A stretch of DNA of 64,000 nt from Alphaproteobacteria bacterium (GCA_965221125.1 CBDCRW010000004.1:576001-640000), one strand, 5' to 3'. Counted from the first letter of the stretch, positions 27,208-38,297 are shown. Made by a program: numbers and translations. The notes: generated by a model from the letters alone, not told the origin.

Positions 27208-28064
27208 TGGCGGGTGCCGCGAAACCCGCCCTCCTGCGCGGCCTGACACGCCTCCTCGCGGCGATCGGCGTCTGGGCCGCGCTCGGCGCGTCCGCGGCGG
27301 GCGGGGAATGGCGATCCTGGTGTGGGGAGGGTGGATCGGGGGAGTCTGCCTCGGCCTCTGGCGCCTCGCTCGGCTGGCATTTCTACTGCGACCGGGCGGA
27401 GGAGCAGCAAGAAGCGGAGCCGGTGCCGACGCAGCCTCCCCCTGCAGAAAACACGCAATCGGCCACGGCCCGCATCCTCGAATTACGCCGCGCTCTCGAA
27501 GAGGCCCGCGCGGAGGCGATCCTCGATCCGACGCCGGAGAGGGTGACGGCCTATCTGCGCCTCCAGCAGGAAACCTTGCGGAAGGCGGCGGCCTTCTCCG
27601 ATGCTTTCCGGCGCGCGGTCTGGGCGAGCCCCGATCTCGACTACACGCTGAAGCGCCCGGTCGGGGCGCTCGCCAAGCAGGTCTGGTCGAACGAGCGGCG
27701 CCAGGCTCGCGACGCCGCGCTCGCCCGTCTCGGGGAGCGCTACGGGCTGATCTATCTGGGCCATGCCGGCTGCGCGGCGTGCCGGGTGTTCGGGCCCCTG
27801 CTGCGCGCCTTCGCCACCCGTCACGGCCTCGACGTGCTCGCGGTCTCGCTCACCGGCGACGCGCTGGAAGGCTGGCCCGAGGCCGTCGCCGACAACGGCA
27901 GGGCCGCGAGGCTCGGCCTCGGCGACGCCCCGGTGCCGGCGCTCGTGCTGTTCGACACCGTCACCAGGCGCGTGCAGCCGGTCGGCTTCGGCGTCATGGC
28001 CGAGGACGAAATGGCCGAACGGATCTTCGCGCTGACCGCCCTGGAGCCCGGACATGACTATTGA
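27207..28064 (+). CDS. traF: Thioredoxin-like conjugal transfer protein TraF
   Basis: LGWHFYCD, AILDPT.E.V..Y, PDLDY, a C..C motif and GFGVMAEDE. Confidence 0.9.
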   Translation: MAGAAKPALLRGLTRLLAAIGVWAALGASAAGGEWRSWCGEGGSGESASASGASLGWHFYCDRAEEQQEAEPVPTQPPPAENTQSATARILELRRALEEARAEAILDPTPERVTAYLRLQQETLRKAAAFSDAFRRAVWASPDLDYTLKRPVGALAKQVWSNERRQARDAALARLGERYGLIYLGHAGCAACRVFGPLLRAFATRHGLDVLAVSLTGDALEGWPEAVADNGRAARLGLGDAPVPALVLFDTVTRRVQPVGFGVMAEDEMAERIFALTALEPGHDY

Positions 28065-29517
28065 GCGAAATAACGGCGTGACGATCGCCCCGGCGAACAG
28101 GGCGGCGGTCTGGATGCTGTCGTCCGTCATGCTGACCGCGGCCTTGTTGACTGCCCTGCCGGCCAAGGCCGACGTGCTCTCGGAGATGAACCGCTTCTGG
28201 CAGGGCGCGGCGGTGAACGTGACGGGACCGACCGCCTTCAGCGGCCAGGCCTCGGGCCACTGGACGCTGGGCAATCTCTACCTGCGCGCGCCGGTGCGCT
28301 CCGAGCAAATCGCCACCGTCAACCTGCCGAGCTTCCGCGCCGGCTGCGGCGGCATCGACGCCTTTGCGGGCGCGTTCTCGTTCATAAACTCGGACCAGCT
28401 GATCGCCTTTGCCCGCGCGGTCGCCCAGAACGCCGCCGGCTTCGCCTTCGAGCTGGCGCTGGAGACCATCTCGCCGGTGATCGCCGAGACCATGTCCAAG
28501 CTCCGGGCGCTCGCGCAGTGGGTCAACTCCCAGAACCTCAACAGCTGCGAGACCGCCCAGGCGCTGGTCGGCGCGCTCTGGTCGAAGAACGACCGGGCGA
28601 GCGCCTCCATCTGCGCCGCCATCGGGACCAGCCAGGGGATATTCAGCGACTACGCCGCCGCGAAGCATGGCTGCGGGGCGGACGGCAAACGGAACTCGAC
28701 GCTCGCCAGCGCCTCCGGCCCGATGGCCGAGCAGGTGCCGGTGAACGTCAACTATGCCTGGAAGGCGATCCGTGCGTCGTCCTTCCTCTCCGGAGATGCG
28801 CAGCTCGCCGAGTTCGCCATGGCGGTGACCGGCACGTTGATCGTGACCGCGCCCACTTCGGACGGAGACAGCAGCGGACCCCGGGTGCGCATCCTGGAGC
28901 CGCTGGCGCTCGACCGGCGGGTGACCGAAGTGCTGATGGAGGGCGGCGGCGCGCTGCCGGTCTATGGCTGCGACACGCCCGACGCGTGCCTCAATCCCAC
29001 GCTCGGCAGCGTCAACATCCCCGCCGACCGGGGCTTCCGGGCGCGGGTGGCCGAGCTGCTGCGCGACCTGGTCGATGCGGTCAGGAACGATACCGCCCCG
29101 CCGGCCGCCGCGCTCGGGCTGGTCAATCTCACCACGCTCCCGGTCTACCGGGTCGCCAACGCGGCGGCCGCCTATCGCGGCGCGGTGGTGGACCAGGAGA
29201 TGGACGCGCTCGCCGAGGCCGTGGCGCTCGACGTCATGCAGGTCTGGCTCTCCGATCTCCACCGCACGGTCGAGGAACGCGCCGGCACCCTCGACATCGC
29301 CGACGGCGAACAGTTGCAGCGCTGGCGGGAGGGACTGCGCCGGAACCGCATCGCGCTCGCGCGGCACCGAAACGAGGGGCTCGCGCGCTTCAACACCGCG
29401 CTCGCCGTGGTCGAGAAGCTGCGCCTGATCGAGACCGAGCTCGCCGGGGCGCTCTCGGCCGATCTCCGTGCTGCCCTCGCCTTTGCCCGGGGCGGCGCCG
29501 GAGCCGGGTCACGGTGA
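28054..29517 (+). CDS. traH: Conjugal transfer protein TraH
   Basis: GQASGHWTLG, LPSFRAGCGGIDAFAGAFSFIN and NLNSCE motifs. Confidence 0.93.
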   Translation: MTIERNNGVTIAPANRAAVWMLSSVMLTAALLTALPAKADVLSEMNRFWQGAAVNVTGPTAFSGQASGHWTLGNLYLRAPVRSEQIATVNLPSFRAGCGGIDAFAGAFSFINSDQLIAFARAVAQNAAGFAFELALETISPVIAETMSKLRALAQWVNSQNLNSCETAQALVGALWSKNDRASASICAAIGTSQGIFSDYAAAKHGCGADGKRNSTLASASGPMAEQVPVNVNYAWKAIRASSFLSGDAQLAEFAMAVTGTLIVTAPTSDGDSSGPRVRILEPLALDRRVTEVLMEGGGALPVYGCDTPDACLNPTLGSVNIPADRGFRARVAELLRDLVDAVRNDTAPPAAALGLVNLTTLPVYRVANAAAAYRGAVVDQEMDALAEAVALDVMQVWLSDLHRTVEERAGTLDIADGEQLQRWREGLRRNRIALARHRNEGLARFNTALAVVEKLRLIETELAGALSADLRAALAFARGGAGAGSR

Positions 29518-29575
29518 TGGCTGGCAAGGGCAGGCAGCCCATGAGACCCGGGTTCGCAGGGAGCCCCCATATATA

Positions 29576-32515
29576 ATGTACGAACTCTTCACCCTCGGCG
29601 GCGGCGCTTACCTGGTCGACCTGCTCAATGCGGTGGCGGCGATCACCGGCGGCGGGGCCTTTGTCGATCTCGCGCAGCTGGCCGGCATTGCCGGACTCGC
29701 CTGGGTCCTGTTCCGCACCGCCTTCGGCGGCTCGTGGAAGGACAACGCCAAGTGGATCGGCCTGTTCGTCGCCGTCTGGGGCGCGATGATCGTGCCGAAG
29801 GCGACCGTGCGGGTGGTTGACCGGCTCGATCCGGCGCTGGCGCCGGCCGTGGTCGCCAACGTCCCCATCGGCCTCGCGCTCTTCGCCTCGGTCACCAGCC
29901 AGATCGGCGACGGGCTGACAAGGCTCACCGAACAGGCATTCGCACTGCCGAACGATCTGGCCTACCGCCGCCACGGGCTGATCTTCGGCGCGCGCCTGGC
30001 CGGCAAGGCGACCCGGCTCGAAGTGACCGACGCGGTGTTCGCGAGGAACATCCGCAACTACGCCCGCCAGTGCGTCTTCCCGGCCCTGCTGCTGGGCCAC
30101 GTCTCGGCGGACGATCTGCGCGAATCCACCGATATCTGGCGGCTGGTGACGGCCACGGGCACGCCCTCGGCCGGGGCCTCGCCCGCGCGCATGGTCGAGT
30201 TCGCGACCCGGCAGCCCGCCTCGGGCACGGGGGCTACAACGGTCGACCGCCAGATCGTCACCTGCCGCGACGCGGCGGGCCGGCTCAACGCGCTGTGGAA
30301 CGCCGAGATCGCCCGCGCCGGCACGGTGTTCGGACGCCGGATCTTCCCCGACGCCCGGACCGAGGCGCTGGCCAGGGCCGAACTGCTCGCGGCCTTGCCC
30401 GCCGCGCATGACTTCCTGATCGGCGCGTCCCGAAGCGCGGGCGAGATCATGCGCCAGCAGATGGTGCTGAACGCAGTCCACGACGCCGGGGAGCAATGGG
30501 CGGCGGAGGCCGGCAACGCGGCCGCGCTCCGGGCCTACACCGAAGCCCGGGCAGAGGCGCAGACCGTCTCGGCCTACCGCGCGATCGGACGGCAGGCGGA
30601 GACCTGGGTGCCGCTCTTGAGGATCGTGTTCGAGTGCCTCTATGTCGGGGCGTTCCCGATGGCGGTGCTGCTCATGCTGACCCCGGCGGGGGCGACCATC
30701 TTCCGCTCGTATGTCACCGGCCTGGTCTGGCTCCAGTCCTGGGGCCCGCTCTACGCCGTGCTGCACCGCATCTCCATGGGCGAGGCGGCGGAAAGGATGT
30801 CTGCGGCGGCGGCGATGCCGAACGGCGATATCGGCATCTCCCTGGTGGCCCAGGCCGGGATCAGGGCGGTGGCCGCCGATGTCGCGGTGATGTCGGGATA
30901 TCTGTCGATGTCGGTGCCGTTCCTCGCCGCCGCGCTCGCCTACGGCCTCTCCAAGGCGACGGTGCTGGCCACATCGGTGCTTGCCGTGGGCCAGGACGCG
31001 GCAAGCTCGGCGGCGCATGAGGGCACGACCGGCAACCTCTCGCTCGCCAACACCGGCTACGACATCCACCGCTTCGCCACCCTGGAGGGGCGCCAGATCC
31101 GCACCTCCGCCCATGTCGATACCGACCGCTATACGGGCTATGCGCCCATGGGTGTGGCGATGACGGTGACGGGGGACGGGACGGCGGTGGCCGATGCCGG
31201 CGCCGCCACCAGCCGCCTCCCCGCCGCCGCTGTCCACCTCTCGGAGTCGCTGACGACCCGGTTCGAGCAGCGCGCCGACCATTCGCGTTCCCTCTCGCGG
31301 CACTGGTCGGCCGAGGCAGGCACGGCGCGCAATGCCGCTGTCACCGACGCCACCGCGCTGATCGAGCGCTACAGCCACGACGTCTCGACGGGCGAAGCCC
31401 ATGCCAGGGGCGTTACGGAAAGCGAGAGCAGCCAGGCGCAGGAGCTGGACACGCATCTTGAGCGGATGTCGGAGGCGGCGGGCATCTCGAAGAACCAGAT
31501 GGCGACGCTGGTGGGCGAGGCGAGGATCGGCGGCAGCTGGAACCTGATCGCAAAGATCGGCGCCGACGGCTCGGCGTCCTGGCGCGGCCAGACCATCGAG
31601 AAGGAATCCTGGGACCGCATGCGGGAGTATGCCGGAAGCCACCAGGTGCTCGACCTCTGGTCGAAGGTCTCGGAAGCCTCGCAGCGCTGGTCGACGCAGA
31701 CCGGAGACAGCGAGGTGGCGAGCCTCGACGAGAGCCTGAGCGCGAACCTCACGCGCATGCGCTCGTTCCAGGAGCGGGCGTCGCTGGCGCGCCAGGAATC
31801 GGAGAGCTGGTCGGAGCAGGCAGCGCAGACGAGCGCGAACGTCCGGGCGGTTGGCCGCGATCTGAGCCAACCCTTCTTCGCCTGGCTGTCGGAGCAGCCC
31901 GGAATGGACGGACGCCCGATCGGAATGGCTGGCGCCATGCGTATCGGCTCTCCCCAGACGGCGGAGGACGCCGAGCAGCTCCGCGAATACGCCGACGCCT
32001 TCGTTGCCGAACACTACCCCGCGCCGGCGGGCCCCGATCCCGCATCGGTCGCAGGCGCCACCGAATACGCCGCGGCCGCCGGGCCGTTGCGCGAAGCCTA
32101 CGGTCGCGAGACCGCGGCGGCCCATGCCGGCTGGGCGGTGGGTGTGCGGGATCAGGCTGGCGCAGCGGGTGCGCCGCGTCCGGGCGAAACCGGAGCGGCC
32201 GCCCGCTCCGAACGGGCGGAGACGAAGACCGACATGATCGTCAGGGGTGCGGCCCGCGAGGCGCGGGAGAGCGTCACGAAGGACGAAACGTTGGAGGGCC
32301 GGGCCGGCGTTGCAGTACAGACGCAGAAGCCCTTCGAGGAGCATGCGACGGAGAACCTGCCCTTCATCGGCGGCTGGCTCGCAGGCAAGCTCTTCGGCAC
32401 CGCGAAGAACGAGACGCCGGACGGGGCCGCGGACGAAACGACGGGGGCCGGTGGGGAGGAATCACCTCCGCCGGCGTCTCCCGAAGACCGGCGGCGGTGG
32501 CGCCATGGCGAGTGA
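29576..32515 (+). CDS. traG: Conjugal transfer protein TraG (F-type)
   Basis: MYELFTLGGGAYLVDLLNAVA, VANVPIGLA and WLQSWGPLYAVL motifs; multiple TM segments and a long C-terminal region. Confidence 0.92.
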   Translation: MYELFTLGGGAYLVDLLNAVAAITGGGAFVDLAQLAGIAGLAWVLFRTAFGGSWKDNAKWIGLFVAVWGAMIVPKATVRVVDRLDPALAPAVVANVPIGLALFASVTSQIGDGLTRLTEQAFALPNDLAYRRHGLIFGARLAGKATRLEVTDAVFARNIRNYARQCVFPALLLGHVSADDLRESTDIWRLVTATGTPSAGASPARMVEFATRQPASGTGATTVDRQIVTCRDAAGRLNALWNAEIARAGTVFGRRIFPDARTEALARAELLAALPAAHDFLIGASRSAGEIMRQQMVLNAVHDAGEQWAAEAGNAAALRAYTEARAEAQTVSAYRAIGRQAETWVPLLRIVFECLYVGAFPMAVLLMLTPAGATIFRSYVTGLVWLQSWGPLYAVLHRISMGEAAERMSAAAAMPNGDIGISLVAQAGIRAVAADVAVMSGYLSMSVPFLAAALAYGLSKATVLATSVLAVGQDAASSAAHEGTTGNLSLANTGYDIHRFATLEGRQIRTSAHVDTDRYTGYAPMGVAMTVTGDGTAVADAGAATSRLPAAAVHLSESLTTRFEQRADHSRSLSRHWSAEAGTARNAAVTDATALIERYSHDVSTGEAHARGVTESESSQAQELDTHLERMSEAAGISKNQMATLVGEARIGGSWNLIAKIGADGSASWRGQTIEKESWDRMREYAGSHQVLDLWSKVSEASQRWSTQTGDSEVASLDESLSANLTRMRSFQERASLARQESESWSEQAAQTSANVRAVGRDLSQPFFAWLSEQPGMDGRPIGMAGAMRIGSPQTAEDAEQLREYADAFVAEHYPAPAGPDPASVAGATEYAAAAGPLREAYGRETAAAHAGWAVGVRDQAGAAGAPRPGETGAAARSERAETKTDMIVRGAAREARESVTKDETLEGRAGVAVQTQKPFEEHATENLPFIGGWLAGKLFGTAKNETPDGAADETTGAGGEESPPPASPEDRRRWRHGE

Positions 32516-32522
32516 GAGAGCC

Positions 32523-32894
32523 TCAACGATAACGGTCGTCGTCGCGCAGCAGCCGGTCTTCCATGTCGGCAAGATACTGATAGCGGCCGGTGCGCGACGA
32601 CCACTCGTCGAGGTCTCCGTCGTCGCGGGGAAAGTCATGATCCCCGAACGCGGACCAGTCACGGTGGACGAAGCCGCGCCGGAGCGCCAGCGCGAGAGAG
32701 GACGGCACGGTCCAGAGGACGGCAACAAGCCATGCCACGCCGACCGTCTCCATCCCGGCGCCCAGGATGGCTGCCACCGCCGTCCAGAACGCCGCGACCC
32801 CGAAACCGCCGAGTACGATGAGGCGCTCGGCCCGGGTCGTCGGCCGTTTCGCCGGTGTGCCGGCAAGATATCCTTGTGTTCGTGTCATGTTCAT
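32523..32894 (-). CDS. Small membrane protein; candidate entry-exclusion protein
   Basis: 123 aa with two hydrophobic segments and a GGAGG SD, convergent with traG. Function is inferred from position only. Confidence 0.55.
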   Translation of the reverse strand: MNMTRTQGYLAGTPAKRPTTRAERLIVLGGFGVAAFWTAVAAILGAGMETVGVAWLVAVLWTVPSSLALALRRGFVHRDWSAFGDHDFPRDDGDLDEWSSRTGRYQYLADMEDRLLRDDDRYR

Positions 32895-33076
32895 GGCCTC
32901 CGATCATACCGTCCGGGCGGGAAAAGGGAATCCTCCGGCCCCGTCGTCTTCGCCCCGCCCACCGCCGGCCTTTGCCTCCGGGCGGCGCCGTGCCGGGCGT
33001 GCGGCGCCGAAGGCAGGTGCGACGTTCGCCTGTCCGTCTTCGCGCCTGCGGGCGTCGCCCATGAAGGAACGGGACC

Positions 33077-35221
33077 GTGATCCGGGGCATCGGCGGCAGC
33101 ACGCTCAGGGGCGGGCAGACGGTCTTCCACGGCATCCGCATGTGGGGCCAGCTGTTCCGGGCAGCCATGCTGTTCGCCGCCTTCACCACCGTGGCGGTGC
33201 CGGCCTGGACGCTGTGGCACCGCACCACGGGCGCCGAATGGTACGCCGCGGGCATGGTGACCCTCGCCGAGACCAAGCTCGCGCTCGGCTACGCGCCGGA
33301 CTCGGGCCAGGAGATCCGGTTCGCCGACGGCACGGTGCGCATCCTCGCCATCCGCGACATCGCCATGTCCGTGCCGGCGCTGGAGGCGCGCGAGCGCATC
33401 AAGCGGGAGATGTTCGCCAGCGCCTGGATGGGCTTCAAGGCGGGCGGCGGGCTGATCGCGCTCTTCCTCGCCGTCTTCTGGTATCGCGGCGCGCAGCTCG
33501 GCCGCCAGAAGCGCATCAGGGGCGCGGAACTCGTCACCGCCGCCGAACTGCATCGCCGGGTGCGGCCGCCGCATCTGCGGATGCTGGCGAGGCTGCCGGG
33601 CGCGGGACGAATGCGCCCCTACAGCATCGCCGGCATCCCGTATCCCGAGCGCACCGAGACCCAGCACACGATCGTCTCGGGCACCACGGGTTCGGGCAAG
33701 ACGGTGCTGATCTCCGACCTTGTGGCGCAGATCCGCGCGCGCGGCGAGCGCTGCGTGATCTACGACAAGATGGGGAGCTACACCGCGACCTTCTTCGACC
33801 CGGACCGCGACGTGCTGATGAACCCGCTCGACGCAAGGGCGCCGCGCTGGTCGCCCTTCCTGGAGGCACGCAATCCCCGCGACTTCGACATGATGGCCGC
33901 GGCGCTCATTCCCCAGCAGAAGGACACGGTCGATCCCTTCTGGGTGACGGCCGCGCGCCAGCTCTTCGCCAACGGCGCCGGTGTGCTGCGGGAGAAGGGG
34001 GTGCAGGACAACAGGGTCCTGGTCGACCACCTGCTCAAGACCGATCTCACGGCGCTCGCCCAGGCTATGGAAGGCACGGTGGCGCAGTCCATCGTCGATC
34101 CCGAGAACCCGAAGACGGCGCTTTCCGTGCGCGCCATGCTGACCGCCAATCTCGCCGCCTTCGAGTTCCTGCCCGACGAGGGCGCGCCGTTCTCGATCCG
34201 GGAGTGGATCGGGCAGGAGGACCGCGACGGGTTCCTGTTCCTCACCTCGCGCGGCGACCAGCATGCGAGCCTGCGCGGGCTGATCTCGACCTGGCTGGAG
34301 ATCGCGGTCAACGCCATGCTGTCGCTGGCGCAAAGCGACGGGCGGCGCATCTGGGTGATCCTGGACGAACTGCCGACGCTGCACCAGGTGCCGAGCCTCC
34401 AGCCGGGTCTTGCCGAGTCGCGCCAGTTCGGCGGGTGTTTCGTGCTCGGCGTCCAGGTCGCCTCGGCCTTGCGCGACCTCTATGGCAGGAACGGCGCCGA
34501 GACCATCTCGGGCCTCTGCGGCACCCGCGCGGTGCTGGCCGCGCCCGACCGGGACACCGCGCAATGGTCGGCCGACAGCCTCGGGCGCAGCGAGATCGAG
34601 GAGGTGGCGGAAGGGTATTCCTACGGCGCCAACACCATCCGCGACGGGGTGTCGCTCACGCCGCGCCGCGAGCTCCGGTCCCTGGCGCTGCCGTCCGAGA
34701 TCATGCGGCTCGCCAACCTGGAGGGGTATCTCAAGTTCCCCGGCCCGTTTCCGGTCGCCGCCATCCGCCTGAACTACGTCGCCCGGCCGAAGACGGCGGC
34801 GCGGTTCGTGGCGCGCGAGGACAACGGCACGGTGGATGCCGGCGTCGGCGGGGCACCGGAAGACGCGGACGCCGCGCCTTGCGGCGACGACGCCATGACG
34901 ATCCCGGACCCGGCCGAAGCAAGCGAACCCGGCGGTCCGGCGCTGCCGGCGCCCGAGGACGGGCCGGGTCCCGCCCCGCACCAGGGCGAGCTCGACCTTT
35001 CGTTACAGCCGGAAGCGGCCGGGAGCGCGGAAACGGAGGCCAACGGGCAGACGTCCCCGTCCGATCCCGCGCCGGAAGACGGCCCGCCCGAAGACAAGGC
35101 GGAGGAGGCGGCGGCGCCGGAGACCGGCGGCGACCGGCAGGACCCGCCCGCCGGAAGGCCGGCAGCGGGAGACGGGGAGGCCGCAGCCCCCGACGCAGGC
35201 CGCGTCTCCGACTGGGCCTGA
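33077..35221 (+). CDS. traD: Type IV coupling protein TraD/TrwB
   Basis: GTTGSGKT Walker A, IYDKMG, NPLDAR, ILDELPTL and ESRQFGGC; acidic low-complexity tail. Confidence 0.95.
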   Translation: MIRGIGGSTLRGGQTVFHGIRMWGQLFRAAMLFAAFTTVAVPAWTLWHRTTGAEWYAAGMVTLAETKLALGYAPDSGQEIRFADGTVRILAIRDIAMSVPALEARERIKREMFASAWMGFKAGGGLIALFLAVFWYRGAQLGRQKRIRGAELVTAAELHRRVRPPHLRMLARLPGAGRMRPYSIAGIPYPERTETQHTIVSGTTGSGKTVLISDLVAQIRARGERCVIYDKMGSYTATFFDPDRDVLMNPLDARAPRWSPFLEARNPRDFDMMAAALIPQQKDTVDPFWVTAARQLFANGAGVLREKGVQDNRVLVDHLLKTDLTALAQAMEGTVAQSIVDPENPKTALSVRAMLTANLAAFEFLPDEGAPFSIREWIGQEDRDGFLFLTSRGDQHASLRGLISTWLEIAVNAMLSLAQSDGRRIWVILDELPTLHQVPSLQPGLAESRQFGGCFVLGVQVASALRDLYGRNGAETISGLCGTRAVLAAPDRDTAQWSADSLGRSEIEEVAEGYSYGANTIRDGVSLTPRRELRSLALPSEIMRLANLEGYLKFPGPFPVAAIRLNYVARPKTAARFVAREDNGTVDAGVGGAPEDADAAPCGDDAMTIPDPAEASEPGGPALPAPEDGPGPAPHQGELDLSLQPEAAGSAETEANGQTSPSDPAPEDGPPEDKAEEAAAPETGGDRQDPPAGRPAAGDGEAAAPDAGRVSDWA

Positions 35222-35222
35222 C

Positions 35223-38213
35223 ATGCTCTCCATCGGGGCGCTCGCCTCGGCCGCCCAGGGCGCCAGCTACTATGAGCGCGACGGCTATTACGCGAAGGAC
35301 GATCCCGAGCACCGCGAGGCGAGCGCCTGGGCCGGCAGGGGGGCGGAAGAGCTCGGGCTGAAGGGTCCGGTCGATCCCGCTGCCTTCCGCGCCGTGCTCG
35401 AAGGCAAGGTGCCGGACGGCTCCGGCACCGAGCTCGGCCGGCGCGGCAAGGACGGCGAACGCCTCCACCGCCCCGGCCGCGACCTCACCTTCTCGGCGCC
35501 CAAGTCGGTCTCCATCGCAGCCCTGGTCGGCGGCGACGGGCGCATCATCGATGTCCACGACCGGGCCGTCGCGGCATCGCTCGCCTGGGTCGAGAGGAAC
35601 GCCGCCGAGACCCGCATGAAGGATCCGGATACGGGGAGAATGATACGCGCCGGCAACCAGAAGATCGTCGCCGCCACCTTCCGGCACGACACCTCGCGCA
35701 ACCTCGACCCCCAGCTCCACACCCATGCCGTGCTCGCCAACATGGTCCGGGGCGAGGACGGCAAGTGGCGCTCCATGGCCAACGAGAAGCTCTACGGCTC
35801 GAAGATGCTGCTGGGGGCGCTCTACCGGGCGGAGCTCGCCCGGGGTCTCGGGGGTCTCGGTTACGGCATCGAGAAGACCCATGCCGACGGGCGCTTCGAG
35901 ATCGCGGGGGTTCCCCGGGAGGCGATCGCGGCGTTCTCGAGCCGCCGCGCCGAGATCGAGGCGGCGATGGAAGAGCGCGGGCTCGGCGTCTCCGCCGACA
36001 ATCCGCGCATTGCCGAGCGCGCGGCATTGATGACGCGGGCGAAGAAGCGCGACATCGACCGGGGCGAGCTCCGGGGTGTGTGGCAGCGCCAGGCGGCCGA
36101 TCTCGGCTTCGACGCCAGGACTCCGGTCGTCGAGGCCATGGAACGGTCCGCTGCGCCGGAACCGGCCTCCGCGGCGGTCAGGACAGCCGGGATCGGGACA
36201 CAGACGGAACTGCCGTTGGACAGTGCGGCGCAGGCGCCGGGCCGCGATGCAACCGCCGAAGCCGCACCGCCCTCGCCGGCCGCGGGGGCGGTGGCCTGGG
36301 CGCTGGCGCATCTCTCCGAACGCGCGGCGGTGTTCCGGCGCACCGACCTGCTGACCGCCGCGCTGGTCCACGCGCCGGGCGCGGTCATGGTCGGTGACGT
36401 CGAACGGGAAGTCGCGGCGCTGGAGAAGGCGGGCGCGCTGCACGCCGTCGACCTGCCCGGCGCCGAGGACTCGCTGGCGACGGAGAAGACCGCCGGCGAG
36501 GAGCGCGAGGCGGTGGCCCTGATGCAGGCCGGCCGGGACCGCGGCCGAGCCCCGATGCGGGGCTGGCAGGTGCAGGCGCATCTCAACAAGGGCCCGCTCA
36601 CGGCCGGCCAGAAGGCGGCCGTCAAGCTCATTCTCGGCGCGAAGGACCGGACGGTGGGCGTCCAGGGCTATGCCGGCACGGGGAAGACCACCATGCTGAA
36701 CCGGGCGCGGACACTCGCGGAGAAGAAGGGCTGGCGCATGGCGGGCCTGGCGCCCTCGGCTTCGGCCGCGCAGACGCTCGCTTCCGAAGCCGGGATCGGG
36801 AGCGAGACCCTGCAGCGCTTCCTCGCCCGCAATGCCGGCGTCGCCGAAGGCAGGCTCACGAAGAAAGGCGCGAAGGAGATGCGCGCGGCCTTCGCGAAGA
36901 CCATCCTGGTGGTCGACGAGGGCTCGCTCGCCTCCACCGTCCAGGCGAGGGACCTGCTGCGCATTGCGAACGAACTGCGCATTCCCCGCCTGGTGCTGGT
37001 GGGCGACGCCAAGCAGCTCGACGCGGTGGATGCCGGCAAGCCCTTCGCCCAGCTCCAGGCCGCCGGCATGCGGACCGCGGTGATGGACGAGATCATGCGC
37101 CAGCGCGATCCGGCCCTGAAACAGGCCGTCGAGGCGAGTCTCGCGGGCGATATCGAAAAGGCGTTCGCGAAGCTCGGCAGCAACGTCGCCGAGGTGAAGC
37201 CCGACAATATCGCCGGAGCGGTGGCCGCCCGATGGCTTGCTCTCACCGACGAGGCGCGCGCCAACACCGGCGTGATGGCGCCGTCGCACACGCTCCGCCA
37301 GCAGATCAACGGCCATATCCGCGAGCGCCTCGCCCGCGAGGGCCGCATCCACGGGCCCGTCCTCGAGTCCGAACGGCTGGTCTCGAAAGGCTATACCAAT
37401 GCGGAGAAGGTGCTCGCCGGCAACTACGCCATGGGCGATGTGGTGGCGTTCCACCGCCCCTACAAGCGGATCGGCGTCGAGAAGGGCGACGAACGCCGCG
37501 TCACGGGTATCGATTACCGGGCGAACGAGGTGCTGCTCGATGACGGCAGTGGCGGAACGGTTGCCTGGAAGCCGGAGGAGATCGGCGGGCGCCGGGGCGG
37601 CAGCGAGGTCTACCGGGCCGAGGAGATCGAGCTGCGGGCCGGCGACCGCATCCGCTGGACCCGCAACGATGCCGGCCTCGGGCTGGTCAACAGCCGGACG
37701 GCGGAGGTGCTGAAGGTCGCGGACGGGCGGGTGACCTTCCGCCTGGAGGACGGCAAGACGCTGGAGTTGGGGAAGGGAGACCCGCAGCTGCGCCATCTCG
37801 ACCATGCCTGGGCGTCCACCGTGCATGCCTTCCAGGGCCGTACGGTGGACAATGTGATCGCCGCGATGGAGGCGAGGCATCCGCATCTCACCACCCAGAA
37901 GAGCTTCTATGTCGAGATCAGCCGCGCCCGCGAGCGGGCCGAGCTGGTCACTGACGACGCGGCCGACCTCCGCGCCCAGCTCGAAGCGGTCACCGGCGAG
38001 CGCGTCGCGGCGCTCGAAGCCATCGGCGAGATGAAGCGCGAGGCGCCCGACAGGGCTGCGGACGCAGCCTGGAGCGTGGAGCGGCCGGCGGATCGGGGCT
38101 CCGGTTCGGGCACGGCGAAGGACCGCGAGACCGGAAACACGCCGTCCAGGACGCCAGCGAAGGAACCGGAGGTGCCGGTCCGCGAGCGCGGCGGCATGGA
38201 CCTCGAATTGTGA
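35223..38213 (+). CDS. traI: MOBF relaxase-helicase (TrwC/TraI-like)
   Basis: YYERDGYY catalytic tyrosines, DLTFSAPKSVS, HDTSRNLDPQLHTH, and helicase motifs QGYAGTGKTT, VDEGS, VGDAKQL and QGRT. Confidence 0.95.
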   Translation: MLSIGALASAAQGASYYERDGYYAKDDPEHREASAWAGRGAEELGLKGPVDPAAFRAVLEGKVPDGSGTELGRRGKDGERLHRPGRDLTFSAPKSVSIAALVGGDGRIIDVHDRAVAASLAWVERNAAETRMKDPDTGRMIRAGNQKIVAATFRHDTSRNLDPQLHTHAVLANMVRGEDGKWRSMANEKLYGSKMLLGALYRAELARGLGGLGYGIEKTHADGRFEIAGVPREAIAAFSSRRAEIEAAMEERGLGVSADNPRIAERAALMTRAKKRDIDRGELRGVWQRQAADLGFDARTPVVEAMERSAAPEPASAAVRTAGIGTQTELPLDSAAQAPGRDATAEAAPPSPAAGAVAWALAHLSERAAVFRRTDLLTAALVHAPGAVMVGDVEREVAALEKAGALHAVDLPGAEDSLATEKTAGEEREAVALMQAGRDRGRAPMRGWQVQAHLNKGPLTAGQKAAVKLILGAKDRTVGVQGYAGTGKTTMLNRARTLAEKKGWRMAGLAPSASAAQTLASEAGIGSETLQRFLARNAGVAEGRLTKKGAKEMRAAFAKTILVVDEGSLASTVQARDLLRIANELRIPRLVLVGDAKQLDAVDAGKPFAQLQAAGMRTAVMDEIMRQRDPALKQAVEASLAGDIEKAFAKLGSNVAEVKPDNIAGAVAARWLALTDEARANTGVMAPSHTLRQQINGHIRERLAREGRIHGPVLESERLVSKGYTNAEKVLAGNYAMGDVVAFHRPYKRIGVEKGDERRVTGIDYRANEVLLDDGSGGTVAWKPEEIGGRRGGSEVYRAEEIELRAGDRIRWTRNDAGLGLVNSRTAEVLKVADGRVTFRLEDGKTLELGKGDPQLRHLDHAWASTVHAFQGRTVDNVIAAMEARHPHLTTQKSFYVEISRARERAELVTDDAADLRAQLEAVTGERVAALEAIGEMKREAPDRAADAAWSVERPADRGSGSGTAKDRETGNTPSRTPAKEPEVPVRERGGMDLEL

Positions 38214-38297
38214 CGATGCCGCCTTGCGCGCGCCGTATCCGGGGCGGCCGCAAGGCGCGTGGAAAACGCCGATGAGGGGCTGTAGAGGAGCCGGGGG

